Below, piece by piece: positions 46,172-58,308 of a stretch of 64,000 bases of DNA. This DNA comes from Anthoceros angustus. Lineage: Eukaryota; Plantae; Anthocerotophyta. Numbering within the stretch: the first letter of the stretch is position 1; the number at the start of each line of letters is the position of its first letter. The DNA is taken from the NCBI GenBank assembly GCA_010909165.1, contig MU008164.1, forward strand, positions 2,046,001 to 2,110,000, written 5' to 3'. The position numbers were made by a program, and so were the translations under genes. The notes under the pieces were generated by a model, which saw only the letters and a list, made by a program, of their open reading frames with translations, was not told where the DNA came from and searched no databases.

Positions 46172-49100
46172 ATGTGGATCATTTCGGATCGAGCAAGGGA
46201 GGCGCTTGTAGTTTTCATGCTGGTGGCTAGAGTAATATGTGCCTTGCATTCTGCAGCCGACACTGTATCCTTGTCACACGAGAAATGGGGGCTGCTCTTG
46301 CTCAGTGCGGTTGCAGCAGCAGTGGATTCTGGAATTCTCAAGAGCAGTTTGCAAACGTTGAAACCCAGGTTAGAGTGTGTCGGATTTTGTAATTCTGCTC
46401 GCGCATCACTCTTGGTCCATGAATTGCAAAATTCATCTGCATGTTGATGGGTTGATTTATCGGTAGGTTGGATCCTTCATCGGGGGTTCTGTTGGGAGCT
46501 CTCACGTGGCCTATTGAGTTTGCCGCACGTGCTGTTCAGTCCTTCAGGAATTCCTCTTCTGAATTAGCAGGTGAGATTTTGGGCTCCTCCTTGAATGGAG
46601 TTTGAGGTTTTGGACGATGCCCACGAAGCTGAGACACTTTTCTCTGATGCAAGACTGGATAACTTTCTCCGTTTTTGTTACAGGAGTTGAGACACTTAAG
46701 TTCCAGTTCTGGATTGCCACCTGCTGCAGTTTCAGGCTGGCGCTGTGCTCTGCTGACATCTCTGGGAAGCGCACGAAGAAAAATGAGCACTTTGATGAAA
46801 AGGGAATAGCAAATAGGCGCTCCACTTGTCTATCGGCTGTGGACGTGGAGTTTTTGCTGTGTCTGGCTACTTTTCTAGTTTCCTCTCTCCTGCCCCGACC
46901 ACAATCAGGTAGTGGGTTGATGCGCCGAATGGCTGCAGGCCTTGGTTTGGATCCTGCATTCTTTTCACTTTGCTATTGTTTGACTTTGAGTAGGGCTTGG
47001 AGTATTCGGCTTCGGATGGATTCTGTTACTGTCAGCCGCATGCAAGTTTGTGTTCAAGTACGTCTTGGAGACCTTCCCCGGTTGTGTAACACCAGGTTTT
47101 TACTTCTTTCTGTGAGTTCTTCTGTGGACTATTGCTTTGTTCGTTCTTGCCCTGCCTGGGTTGTACGCTTATTGTTTCTTCTCGCCGATGCTCTTCATTT
47201 GATGTCACTGCTTATGTCTCCGATCTGTTTTGTCAAAGGTGAGGCTTTGTTAGTGACAGAAGGACTTGTCCTGTATCTTGGCAATGCAAGTGCATATGCT
47301 TTGAGCAAGGTTCGTCCAGAAGATCTTGTCAATTACAGTTCAGCCATCTTGAGGTAGTAACATGTCCTGAATAGGCAAACACGATAACTGTTTGTTGTGA
47401 CACTGCCTTTTAGGTAGGAAGATTCAAGCCTCTTCTCAATCACGGCTATGGAGTTGAGGATGGACGATTGGATGCAGTACATGCTCTTTTGCAGGTGCAC
47501 ATTAGACCATTGGATTATGAAAAGCAGCTTTAACTTTCACATTTGATTTTCCAAGTTGATATTTCTATCTAGTTTTGAAAGTTGGCTAGAACATGACCAA
47601 CCAGTGAATGTGAACAGGCACTTACGCTGGGGTTGCTGCTTGTACCATGGCTTTTCAGAGTCCTGGTTAGTGTTGTAACTAGTGGCCTGGATACCCCAAG
47701 AATTAGAAGGGCAGCAATTGGAAGTCCCCACACGACATCTGCTGGGAATTCAGTTCTGTTTCTCATTGTACTTGCCGTGATAGTCACGATCTTTGTACCT
47801 ATCTGGTTCGGAGCTGTTACAGGCCTTCAGCAACCCCTGTTACTCTGGTAAGCTGAAACTTTCAGCGTTCTTCTTAGTATGTTTCGGGGAGGGGATCTTG
47901 TGCCAACATTTTTTCAATGTTTTTGAGCAGGATGTTCAATTTCATTCTGGAAGAATTCTGGCAGAGGTTTGCTCTCTGCCTGTTCTGGGCGGTCACTTTG
48001 ATTGTATCAATTAGCCTAATTCTTAGGGTCGCTAAGCGTGGGAAAGTTGCTACAATTATTGTACGCAAGTACTACCATATATTGGCAGTGGTTCTTTTCA
48101 CTCCTGGGCTCCTGCTTCAGGTACCTATCTTAGTATCACGTTAGTCAACTTGAGTCGAAAGTGGGCTGCACTATTTCTCCATGTACGACTAGCTGCTCAA
48201 TTCTTTCGCCATACACCAGCTTGTCTGCCTTACTGCAATAATCTCTGTCTTTGCAGCCTGACTTCCTGCGACTTGCGTTTGGGGTAGCGTTTGCTGGCTT
48301 TGTTGTAGTCGAGATGTTCAGAGTAAGTGTGTTTCTTCCCTAGCTTTTGTGTTTGAGTTGGTGTCGTAACTTGATGTGGTAGCTGAGAACCTTTTCTTGG
48401 TACATTTCTTTGCAGGTTTGGCGGTTACCACCAATAGGGGAATGGGTTCACCAGTTCATGAAAGGTTTTACTGACAGTCGAGATTCAGACCTTCTGATCA
48501 TCAGGTGAAACAAGGCACAAGTTCTCTGTCAGGCCGACACGCCTGTCAGCTTTGAAGCCTAACAGATGAACTGGGGTTTTTTCGTGTGCAGTCACTTTTC
48601 ACTTTTGGTTGGTTGTGCAATGCCTCTTTGGCTCAACAAATCAGGGGATTTTTGTTTAGCACCTTATGCAGGGATATTGAGTCTTGGTATTGGCGACACA
48701 ATGGTATGTTGTGTGCTATGTGTGATCAGGTGATGTGGTATGGCTTGAGATTTGTCTACGCTCGTCGTTCACAAAGTATTTTGCTCTTAGGCATCTCTGG
48801 TAGGAGTGAAGTATGGCAGCATCCAACTGAGCAAGACCAATAGTATGTCCGCTTTGTTTCCCGTTGTCACCTTACCTTCACGGTTGTCTTATCCCTACGC
48901 TCTTTATTGAAGTACACCTTCCAATTTGTAGGGAAGACAGTGGAAGGAACGATGGGGGGGATAGTTTCCATGCTCTTAGCCTGTTGTTTGCTCACTTCCC
49001 TTCTGGTGCAAGGCATCACGACACGACAGGTAACTCGCCATCTCACCAGGAGTTTCTGGTAGGAAGTAAGCAATGCTCGTGGTCTGTTTCGATACTGACA

Positions 49101-49226
49101 GATGTATTCCTCCAGCTGTGGTCAATGATCGGAGCCGTTACAGGTGCTGGATTGCTGGAGGCTTACACTACCCAACTTGATAATGCATTTGTGCCCCTCA
49201 TTTTGCATGCCCTTTTCCTTCTTTAA
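46172..49226 (+). CDS. DOK1: Dolichol kinase (CTP-dependent), multi-exon
   Basis: Hydrophobic protein with IVRKYYHILAV, FTDSRDSDLLIIS|HFSLLVGCAMPLWL, APYAGILSLGIGDTM|ASLVG, KTVEGT and LEAYTTQLDNAFVPL. Confidence 0.9.
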
Positions 49227-49687
49227 ATTAAGGCATTTGCAAGGAGCTGGCGTCTTCTACCTTGAAGCACCGTTGTGGTAGGTCATAGCTCATGGTATGC
49301 CTACCAGTCGGCTTTGCATCTCACAAGTAGTAGGTCGGGAAGTTGAGCTTAGAGTTCCAGTACAGGCGCGTGTGCTGTGGAAGCTGCTGCTTTCAAGAAA
49401 CAACCCACGCGGTAAAAATTACGAAATAGATCTAGAATTATTCAAGGCGTATTGTGAACCACTCTTGGTGGTCAGACAAAACGTCACCTGGAGCCACGGA
49501 GGGCAGTATTAACTGAGAAGACAAGCCTTTACCTCGTAATAAGGAGGGAAGCGCAGTTGTGCAAGAATCTGCGAGAAAAGCTCAAGATCAGAAGACGCAG
49601 GGAAAACGAAATCACATCAATTGCGTCAGGGACTTCCACTACCTCCGAAGGGCTCAATGGTTGTAAGGACGTGCACTCGTCTGGTTG

Positions 49688-52600
49688 TCAATGCTGAACA
49701 GCACATGTACAGTGCCCATTAATGAAATGGTGAACATGATGTGCGTCTCGAACTATTATATGTCGCTTTTCAATGCTAGAGATGCGTTTGCAGTAGGTGT
49801 GACAGTCATTGCACATCTTCACATTTTTGGTGACCAGCAATGTTGTGGCATCAGGAGTGTTCCGAAGACCATAGGCCAGTGCCAGTTTCTCAGCGTGCCC
49901 ACACAACACATTGTCCTTCTCCTTGTCAAAAACTGGCTTCCCAATCTCTATTTCTGGGACATGACCATTTTCCTTAAGCTGCAAATCCTGACTCCTTAGC
50001 TTTGAGAAAACATCTGTGTCTTCAACGACAATAAACGAGTGGACCTTGCTGTTCACTTCAATCCAAGCCTGTGCAGGCTTCCTGTAAGCACCTGCTGACT
50101 TTCTCAAGGTTTCAATGAGATCTACATCCCTCCACCTCCCTGCATTGGCATACATGCCTGCCAAAAGTACATAAGCAGTTGCATTTTGAGGTTCCAATCG
50201 TGTGAGATGGTCAAAGCATCGCCTTCCACGCTCAATGTCACCATGGATTGTGCAGGCACTCAGCAACGATGTCCACCCACCACTGGTATTGTCAAATGGC
50301 ATAGTTTGCAGCATAATTTCTGCCTCATCTAGCTGGCCTGTCAGCCCAAAAAGGTCAACCATGCATAAGTAGTGGTCAACCCCTGGCTCGATGCCATATG
50401 ATTCCACCATCATTTTAAAACACTGCCGTCCTTCATCCACCAGGCCCTCACGACTGCAGGCCATGACTAGGCAGAGAAATGTCTCCTCATTGGGATCAAC
50501 CCCATGCTCCTGCATCTGCTGGAAACACTGCATTGTCCTCTGAGCACCATGCTCTTGACGGCAGGCATGCAGTAAAGCGGTCCATGTAGCCACAGTTCGT
50601 GTGGGCAATCCGATGAATACTTGAAGTGCATCTTCAAAGTTTCCACACTTCGCATACATGTCCACCAGGCTGCTACCAACAACCACATCATCAGCTTCCA
50701 GCTGTCTTTCCAAAATTTGCCTATGCAGCTGCTTTCCCTCTTGAAAGGCTCCAACACCACCACATGCCCTTAGGAGGGACACAAAGGTGGCAGGATTGGC
50801 TGCAGTTATACCCTCTTGTTGCATGTTCGCATACAGAGAAAGAGCTTCATGACCGAGCTCATTATCAGCATACCCTGTGATCATCACATTCCATGTCACA
50901 ATATCCCTCGTGGGCAACCTGTCAAAGACCTTGCGAGCTTCATCGAGGCTTCTAGATTTTGTATACAAGTTCACCAGGCTACTGCCAACAGCCACATCTG
51001 CTTCCAGTCCCCTCTTGCGAATTTGGGCATGAATCTTCTTGCCGTTGTCTATATCTCCAACACTCGCGCAGGCCTTGAGGAGGTTCACGAATGTAGAATT
51101 GTTAGCTGGAGTAATACCCTCCTTTTGCATCGTTTCATAAAGAGAAAGGGCTTCTTGAGCAAGTCCATGCTGCGAATATCCTGTAATCATTGCAGTCCAT
51201 GTAACCACATCCTTTGAGGACAGTCTGTCAAAAACCCTACGAGCATCCTCTAAGCTACTGCACTTTGTGTACATGTCCACCAGGCTGTTACCTACAACCA
51301 CATCCGTTTCAAGCCCTTGTTCCCGAATCAGGGAATGAAGCTCCTTGCCTTCATGTAAAGCCCCGATGCTGGCACACGCCTTTAGAAGGCATGAGAATGT
51401 GAAATGATTTGCTACTGTGCTGGCCTCTCGTCGCATGCTTGCAAATAGAGTCAGAGCTTCTTGACCTCGCCCACGCAGAGCATACCCTGATATCATCGCA
51501 TTCCATGTTACCACATTCCTTGTAGACAATCTGTTGAACACGCTTTGAGCATTGTCCAAGCTCCCACACTTTGCATACATGTCCACCAGGCAGCTGCCAA
51601 TAACTGCATCTATTTCCAAACCTTTCTCCTGGAGCTCAAAATGAAGCTGCTTCCCTTGAAGCAGATTCGCAGTGTCAGTGCATGCTTTAAGGAGGCACAC
51701 ATATGTGGTACTATTGGCTGGAATGCCTTCCTGCACCATCCTAGCATAGAGAACAAGGGCTTCGTGCCCAAGCCCATGGTCAACATACCCTGCAATCATG
51801 GCAGTCCATGTCCCCACATCTCTTATGACTAGTGTATCGAACACTGCTCGAGCATCCTCCAAGCTCTTACACTTCACATACATGTCCACTAAGCTGGTGG
51901 CAATCGCGGCATCAAAATCAAGTCTCTTTGCCCGAATTTGAGAATGAAGCTGCTTGCCCTCCTGTAAAGCTCCAAGGCTAGCACATGCTTTCAGAAGGCA
52001 GGCATATGTATACTGATTTGCTTCGCTGGTGGCCTCCCTTTGCATACCAGCATAGAGATCAAGGGCGTCTCGCCCTAGCCCTTGCTGAACATATCCAGCA
52101 AGCATGGCAGTCCACGTCACCACATCTCTTATGGGTAAGCTGTCAAACACTCTCCGTGCATCCACTACACTCCCACACTTGGCATACATGTCTACTATAC
52201 AGTTCCCAACAACAACATCAGCTTCAAGACCTCGCTTTTGAATCTGGGAATGAAGCTGTTTTCCCTCGTTAAGAGCCCGAACAGAAGCACATGCTTTCAA
52301 CAAGGACGCAAATGTGACATGATTGGCCATATCGATGCCCTCCTGCTGCATGCTTCCATACAGGGCAAGTGCTTCTCGAGCCAGTCCATGCTGAGCATAT
52401 GCAGCAATCATAGTATTCCATGATACCACATCTTTTGTAGGTAGTCCATCGAACACTCTGCGAGCATTGTCCAGGCTCCCACATTTTGCATACATGTCAA
52501 CCAGACAGTTTCCAACGAATATGTTAGGCTCAACCGCACTTGCTAGAAGATCAGCATGGACCTCCTTGCCAGATGCTAAATCTGCAGCATTGGCACAGGC

Positions 52601-53355
52601 CTTCAGGACAGCCACAAATATGTGGTTGTTTGGCTTCACTGTTGACTGACGCATGTTCTGATAGAGTTTGATAGCCTGCAACGGCTGTTTACGCTCTGAA
52701 TGCGCCAAAATGACGGAGGCCCACATAAATGCATCTGGTGCACCTACTGTAGTGAAGACCTGCATTGCATCCTGCAACCTGCCCTGAGAAGTATACATGC
52801 GTATGACGTGATTGGCCAAGAAAGTGTTTGATTCATACCCACTTTTCAAAGCAAGTGCATGAATACGTTTGCCAACATCTAGATCCTTCTGTTCAATGGA
52901 TCCTTTAAGGACAAGGTAGTAGAGTGATGGGGAAACGTGACATCCTTTCCGTACCAGGTCTTCCACGGCTTCAACAGCCTCAGCCAAATTTCCCTCTGCA
53001 CATAATCTGCTCCAAGTTCCAGTGTCCAAGGCATCCTCACGCCTTGCCACCCTGCAAAGTCCATTGTAGTGTAAGCAGAAAAGACAAGATGCCAATCCAA
53101 GAATCTAGCCAAGCACAATGCACACTCCAGAGAAAGAACATACACTGGTGGTGGAAGAATCATAGAATTTTCAGTGTCCTCAACACCAGCTACAAAGTGC
53201 TCAACCCCAGCCTGGTGAGCTGCTTTCTCAGGTCGACAGTCCACCCATAAGCCCTTCCTGGTTGTTCTGTGCACGAAGGTCGGTTGATAGGGATCTGTCT
53301 GCAACGCTCCCATGGTTACATGGCTCACCAACACCTCAGGCTCGCCCCTGACCAT
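49688..53355 (-). CDS. PLS-class PPR-DYW:KP protein (candidate U-to-C editing factor) with a probable extra 5' exon
   Basis: Long PLS array, E1/E2, RKPAQAWIEV in place of the PG box, HAEKLALAYG..CNDCH zinc ligands, C-terminus CTCAVQH. Exon 53355-53144 splices in frame (92-nt GT-AG intron) to 53051. Confidence 0.93.
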
Positions 53356-54193
53356 TATCTACCCTTCAGACCTAAGGAATCAACAGATCGCAGAACTACC
53401 TGGCTCAACGCGTTGCCGCACCACTTGTTCAAATTGCTTGTCCAAAGTCTGGCACTGCGATCCGCTGCAAGACAATTATGAATAAGCATCATAAAGCTCA
53501 TCAGCCAGGCAGAACGTAAGCGCAGACGGTACAACACGAGTTCTTACTTGCGGAGTATTCGTCAGCAGGGCCCGGCAACGCGGATGGAAGCCTACACCTA
53601 TCACCCGGACGACTGGAATGACGCGGTCTCCTCCGTATCAGCCCGGACACAGCCCCTTGCCCACCACATTTTGACATTCTGTGCTTATTTTGGGACACAG
53701 AGCTACTATCGACTATTGCAGCCAGGTCAGCGGCCGGCTCTTTTTCCCCAACCCAGCACTCTGGCTATCACAAAATTCTGGGAGGCGATGGCTATGGATG
53801 CTGCTCCAGTAGTGCCACGTTTATTGCATCCGGCCAGCTTCCGTGAATTCCACAGCCTCTTGGGATGCCAGGCAAGCAATTTGCATCCTCCTTCAGGTGG
53901 ATCATCCTGCAAGACAGTCCAGGCATCGTGGCATCGAAACATCTCGAAGCTGAGCGGCCGCAAGTCGAAGCGATCCCGAGTACTGGTGGCCGGTTTGTCA
54001 TTGCAACCATGTTTCACAGCTCAACTCAGTCTGATTGCATGTAACAACTGAAGACTTCCACGGGTTGGAGTGTCACGTCGGCAGGTGATCTCCATTTGGC
54101 CGACTGCTACGGCAAAAGCGAAAAAAGGGGATAATTTTCAAATTGTGAATTACACAGCACGGTGGATTGAACGCAACCATGGCTACAAGCTTG

Positions 54194-54865
54194 TCATGAA
54201 GCTGGTGCTAGTCTCTTGGACAGGACATAGCAATCAGGTGGTTCAATTCGTTTGTAATAGTCACGGATGGTCTGAGTGATTTGAAAGCCAAACTTCTCAT
54301 AAAACTGAATGGCTTCAGTATTGTTGGTCTGCACATGCAGGTATGCTTCCACGATATTGGAGTCCTGCTCACAAAGGTCCAAGCTGTTCTTCAAGAGCTT
54401 CGAACCTGCAACGAACAGGACATACTCAAGGCAGCTCCCAGGAATCCAGAGCATCAACTTCCAGAAATTCAGCACCGCACACAGAATCCTCACCAATGCC
54501 CAGCCTTCGGTATGGAGCAAGAACTCCTAACGTCATGATGTACAAACAGACCCCGGCCTCCTTCTTCTCAAGCCGGCAAGCAATGGAGCCCACACACACA
54601 TCTCCGTAGTAAGCTGAAACGACACCAGAATTGCAAACTTAGCAACCATCTCCCAATGACAGCAGATCTCGACAAAGCATCCCTGGATTTTAAGCTTCCC
54701 CCAGAAGGTACCTAGCTTGGTGAAGTCCCCAGACGACAGAGCGTCAGTGTAAAATTGGTCATGGTACTTCACTGGAAAGATGGCCGTGTTCAGCTTCCTC
54801 AGCTGCATCACATTCTTGTCCCGAACATTGTCGAAAGTGAGTGCCACCTCGTGCGGGCGCCCCAT
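54194..54865 (-). CDS. NAA50: N-alpha-acetyltransferase 50 (NatE catalytic subunit), 3 exons
   Basis: KNVMQLRKLNTAIFPVKY, IACRLE..LYIMTLGVLAPYRRLGIG|SKLL, YLHVQTNNTEAIQFYEKFGF, YYKRIEPPDCYVL. Confidence 0.95.
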
Positions 54866-55088
54866 CTCCCTCCGCACCCACAGCTCACCACATCTGCATC
54901 CCAGAGAGGAAGGTGACCACTAAACAGCTCCAACTCTCCAGGCATTCCACCACCAAACCGCCTGCCTACAGCCAGCACCAGGCAATATAGAAGAAAATAG
55001 GCTGGATGGAAAAGCTACCAGCACACTGTTAGGACGGATTCGCCAGGAGATCGGTGTCCAACTGGTTGCGGTAACGCATGGCCATGGC

Positions 55089-55602
55089 TAGGGTTTCTTA
55101 CTACGTGGTCCATGGAGTGAGAACCCTAGCACTTGCCCTTGCTTTGTGTTATACGTTACACACACTGCACATGGGGGTGCAAAGCTCCCAAGCTGCGGCC
55201 CTGCCATTTCCGCTTTGGGCAGTATTATCCGCTTTTTTAAGGAACTTAATCTAGAGCTGAAAGATACTTCTTTGAGAGGCTGGGGTCTACACGTAACAGG
55301 ATAGGAAGAATTAGCTTCGACCCCCATGTTCATCCCCATCCTCGCAGGCCACAAAGGCTTCGAAGGAAGCCCATGGTTTTGAACTAGGGAGGCTGGGGTC
55401 TACAGCCCAAGGCGAGTTCGGCGTGCGAGTAGCACCCACCCACCTCCTTTTCTCAAGGTGGTCATGACCTAGACTACTTAAACGTTCCCATGCGAGCAAG
55501 GTGCTGTGTCCTAAAAACTGGTCGATAAATGGCGTTTAAAAAGGGAGGGTATGGTCCCTCCTAACTTGGCCCGAGCTGCAAAGCTGCGAGTCCAAACCCT
55601 AA
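55089..55602. promoter_or_regulatory. Divergent promoter region of NAA50 and DOMINO1-like gene with telo-boxes
   Basis: TAGGGTTT at 55089-55096 and AAACCCTAA at 55594-55602; the two start codons are 774 bp apart, head to head. Confidence 0.45.
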
Positions 55603-55638
55603 GGCTTGTCCAGCTTCGTGGATTTGTGCCGGATAATC

Positions 55639-56551
55639 ATGGCGGAGGAACGAGAGATGGCGGCTGTAGAGGACGAGGTTATGGTCACAGATGCAGAAAA
55701 TGCGAAGAGGAAGAGGGAAGATGAGAGCGGTGTTGCTGAGGAGGAGGGGGGCGATGTGCTGGTCCCCGAGGAAGAGGCCTCTGCTGCTTCCAAGAAGGTG
55801 AAGACTGATGTTGAAGGTGGAAGCATGGAAGCTGGGGCTGCAGACAAAGGGAAGGAAGAGGAAGGGGAAGGTGCGGGCGAAGATGGTGGTACTAAAACGG
55901 TGGCCCTGGGACCGAAGGTGTTCCGGGATCCCGTGGATCTCTTTTCCTATTTCTACAAGTTTATTCATACGTGGCCGGAGAATATCGACGTGAACAAGGT
56001 GAGGCTGCTTTGCAGGGTCTGCCAGCTGCTGGGGGAAGCTGTCTGTGTGGTGTTCCGGTTCTGAGGGTCGTGTGCTTTTTGCAGTATGAGGCGATGGTGA
56101 TGACGGATCTGCTGCTGAAAGGGCATGCGGATCCTCCAAGCAAAATCGGAGCTGGTGTTGAGACTTTTCAAGTGAGAACACATCCTGATTGGCACTCGTT
56201 ATGCTACTACGTTGTCAGAACGGATGGCTCCGTGGAAGACTTCAGCTATAGAAAGTGCTGTGACCAGATTATGCCGTTGCCTGCAAAGTATGTGGGGGCT
56301 GATGGCAAGATACACATCGACTTGTTGAAGCTTACCGGGGTAGAGAAGCAGCCGAAGAAGCGTCTGGAGCAGCATGGAGGTGGAGGGCGTGGGAGAGGGG
56401 TGGTGGCAGGGGAGGTGGGTTTAACAGGGGTGGGGAGGTGGGTTCAACAGGGGTGGAGGGGTGGGTTCACCAGGGGTGGGGTGGTGGTAGAGGCGGCCAA
56501 AGATTTGGAAGCGGAGGCCGTGGACGCAGAGGTGGCCGTGGTCGGTCGTGA
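55639..56551 (+). CDS. DOM1: DOMINO1/EMB514-like DCL (DUF3223) protein with an acidic N-terminus and RGG tail
   Basis: VALGPKVF..FYKFIHTWP.NIDVNK|YEAMV..LLLKGH..KIGAGVETFQVR.HP..S.CYYVVRTDGSVEDFSYRKC. The G-rich tail reads as RGG repeats ending GRRGGRGRS-TGA (56549-56551) if the G-runs are corrected. Confidence 0.85.
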
Positions 56552-56880
56552 GCAGGGGGAGCTCGATAATGGTGGATCTTTTCAATCTTGACCTTAGGAT
56601 CACCAGCATTTGCAATTTTGCAAAGCAGATGTCGGTGGAGGCTTCAGGCGAGAGGACAAAGGGGAGGTTGTCTTTGTGTAGACAGGCAGTCCATGTCCTT
56701 GTTGTATCCCTGAGATGGATCAACGGGTTCTTAGCCTTTCTTTTAGACGATGACGGGCGCTGTGATGTCATTGAGATTCCCACAGGTTCGTATAACGTTG
56801 TGCCAATGTTCTCTGCAAATTGCAGGAAGTAGTGGTCAGACGAAGGCATTGAATCCAAGTTTTGACACTAAGTTGAAATT

Positions 56881-58308
56881 TCATATATCTAAGACTCTAG
56901 CATTCTGTGCTAAGTTTGTGTCTACTTTCCGAGCTTGGTCTGTCGTAGGTCCTTGTAGTGCTTGAGGAGACGTCTGGGTGCTGGCTGATTTCTGCGCTTT
57001 CAGGAAAGCAGCCACCTCTTCTACAACGCGAACTCTTTCCTCCAGACCTGACAAGGCTGGCTGTGGCTGAGTCGGCTGGTCTTCATGCTCCAAACGGGCT
57101 TTGGCTTCCAGTTCTTCCAGAGCGACAAGCAGAGAGTATGAGATCCAGGCATCGCTGGCCGCGTATCTGATTTGGGCGAAGCTCAAGCCCTCCACAGCCC
57201 AATTGCTGCATGATACTGTCTTACTTTTCTTGTAAGGCAGCTCAAGAATGTGGTGGGAGAGTTTGGAGAGTCCCGCCTGACGCATTTCCCTCTGGTTGAG
57301 CAGTTCTGCAGCATACAGGGCCAGGTCTACCTCTCCGCAGCACCTCAACCCGTAGTCTTCAAGCAGCTTCTCAGTATCGCCCTTCACTCCCACCCCCCCA
57401 AGCTTCACCTGTGGGTCAGCCAGCAGCTCCTCAAGTGCAGAAGGAATCCGGTCTATGTAGAGGAGCTGCACCAGAAGACACCTGGAAGCCAGTGAAAGCT
57501 GCAGCAGGGCCACCTTGTTCTCTTCTCCTTTGAATCTGTTAGGGCGCCATTCTACATCCAAGCCGAACAGTTTGTCCTCAGCTGTGCATTTGCCCAGCCA
57601 GTCCTCCACTGCTGCCGCTGTATAGGCCACCCTGACCTGCAAGATCTGCCCGCCAACCTTCACCTCTCTCTCCAAGTACCCTGCATCCACATACTCCTGT
57701 CCCCAACTCTTATCCTCCAGACACGCGGAGGGAGAGCTCGGGGGGAAGTCAAAGAACCCATCTCCAGACTTAGCCTCCTTCCAACCAGCTGCGTCAGCCT
57801 CCCCCCATCCATCCTCCTGCATCCTCTCCTCAGGTGCTTGCACCTCCCACCCCTTTTCTTCTGCCTTCACCTCCCATGCATCATTCTTCTCTTCCTGTTT
57901 CCCCACCTCAGATGCTTTCCCACCCCTTAGTTCCTCGAACTCCCATGCATTATTCGGGTGTCTGTGCTCAGGTGCTTGCGCCTCCAACCCGGTTCCGCAC
58001 TGCCCCTTGAACTCCCATGCATCCTTCCAAACTTCCCCAACTCTGCCTTCCTCCCACTCACTGCTGCTTCTCCCCCCACCCTGAACATGGAACTCCTGAG
58101 CCTCCTCCGTGTAGCCCATTACCTCCCCTTCCCCTTCCTCCTCCTCCTCCTCCTCCTCTTCTGAGAAGCCACCGCAGATGCCTAGATTGCTCGACTCCTT
58201 CAAGCTCTCTGCTCCAGCCGACTGTGCCCGTGCTGCAGCATGCTCTCCCAGGGAAGTAGAAGCCATTTGCGCTGCTAAGACATCCTGCTCCTGCTGCAGG
58301 ACTTCCAT
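56881..58308 (-). CDS. WEX/Werner-type DEDDy 3'-5' exonuclease with an acidic Trp-repeat N-terminus, intronless
   Basis: FGLDVEWRP, VALLQL, GVGVKGD..KL..DYG, AGLSKL, SNWAVEGLSFAQIRYAASDAW. Confidence 0.92.
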   Translation of the reverse strand: MEVLQQEQDVLAAQMASTSLGEHAAARAQSAGAESLKESSNLGICGGFSEEEEEEEEEGEGEVMGYTEEAQEFHVQGGGRSSSEWEEGRVGEVWKDAWEFKGQCGTGLEAQAPEHRHPNNAWEFEELRGGKASEVGKQEEKNDAWEVKAEEKGWEVQAPEERMQEDGWGEADAAGWKEAKSGDGFFDFPPSSPSACLEDKSWGQEYVDAGYLEREVKVGGQILQVRVAYTAAAVEDWLGKCTAEDKLFGLDVEWRPNRFKGEENKVALLQLSLASRCLLVQLLYIDRIPSALEELLADPQVKLGGVGVKGDTEKLLEDYGLRCCGEVDLALYAAELLNQREMRQAGLSKLSHHILELPYKKSKTVSCSNWAVEGLSFAQIRYAASDAWISYSLLVALEELEAKARLEHEDQPTQPQPALSGLEERVRVVEEVAAFLKAQKSASTQTSPQALQGPTTDQARKVDTNLAQNARVLDI

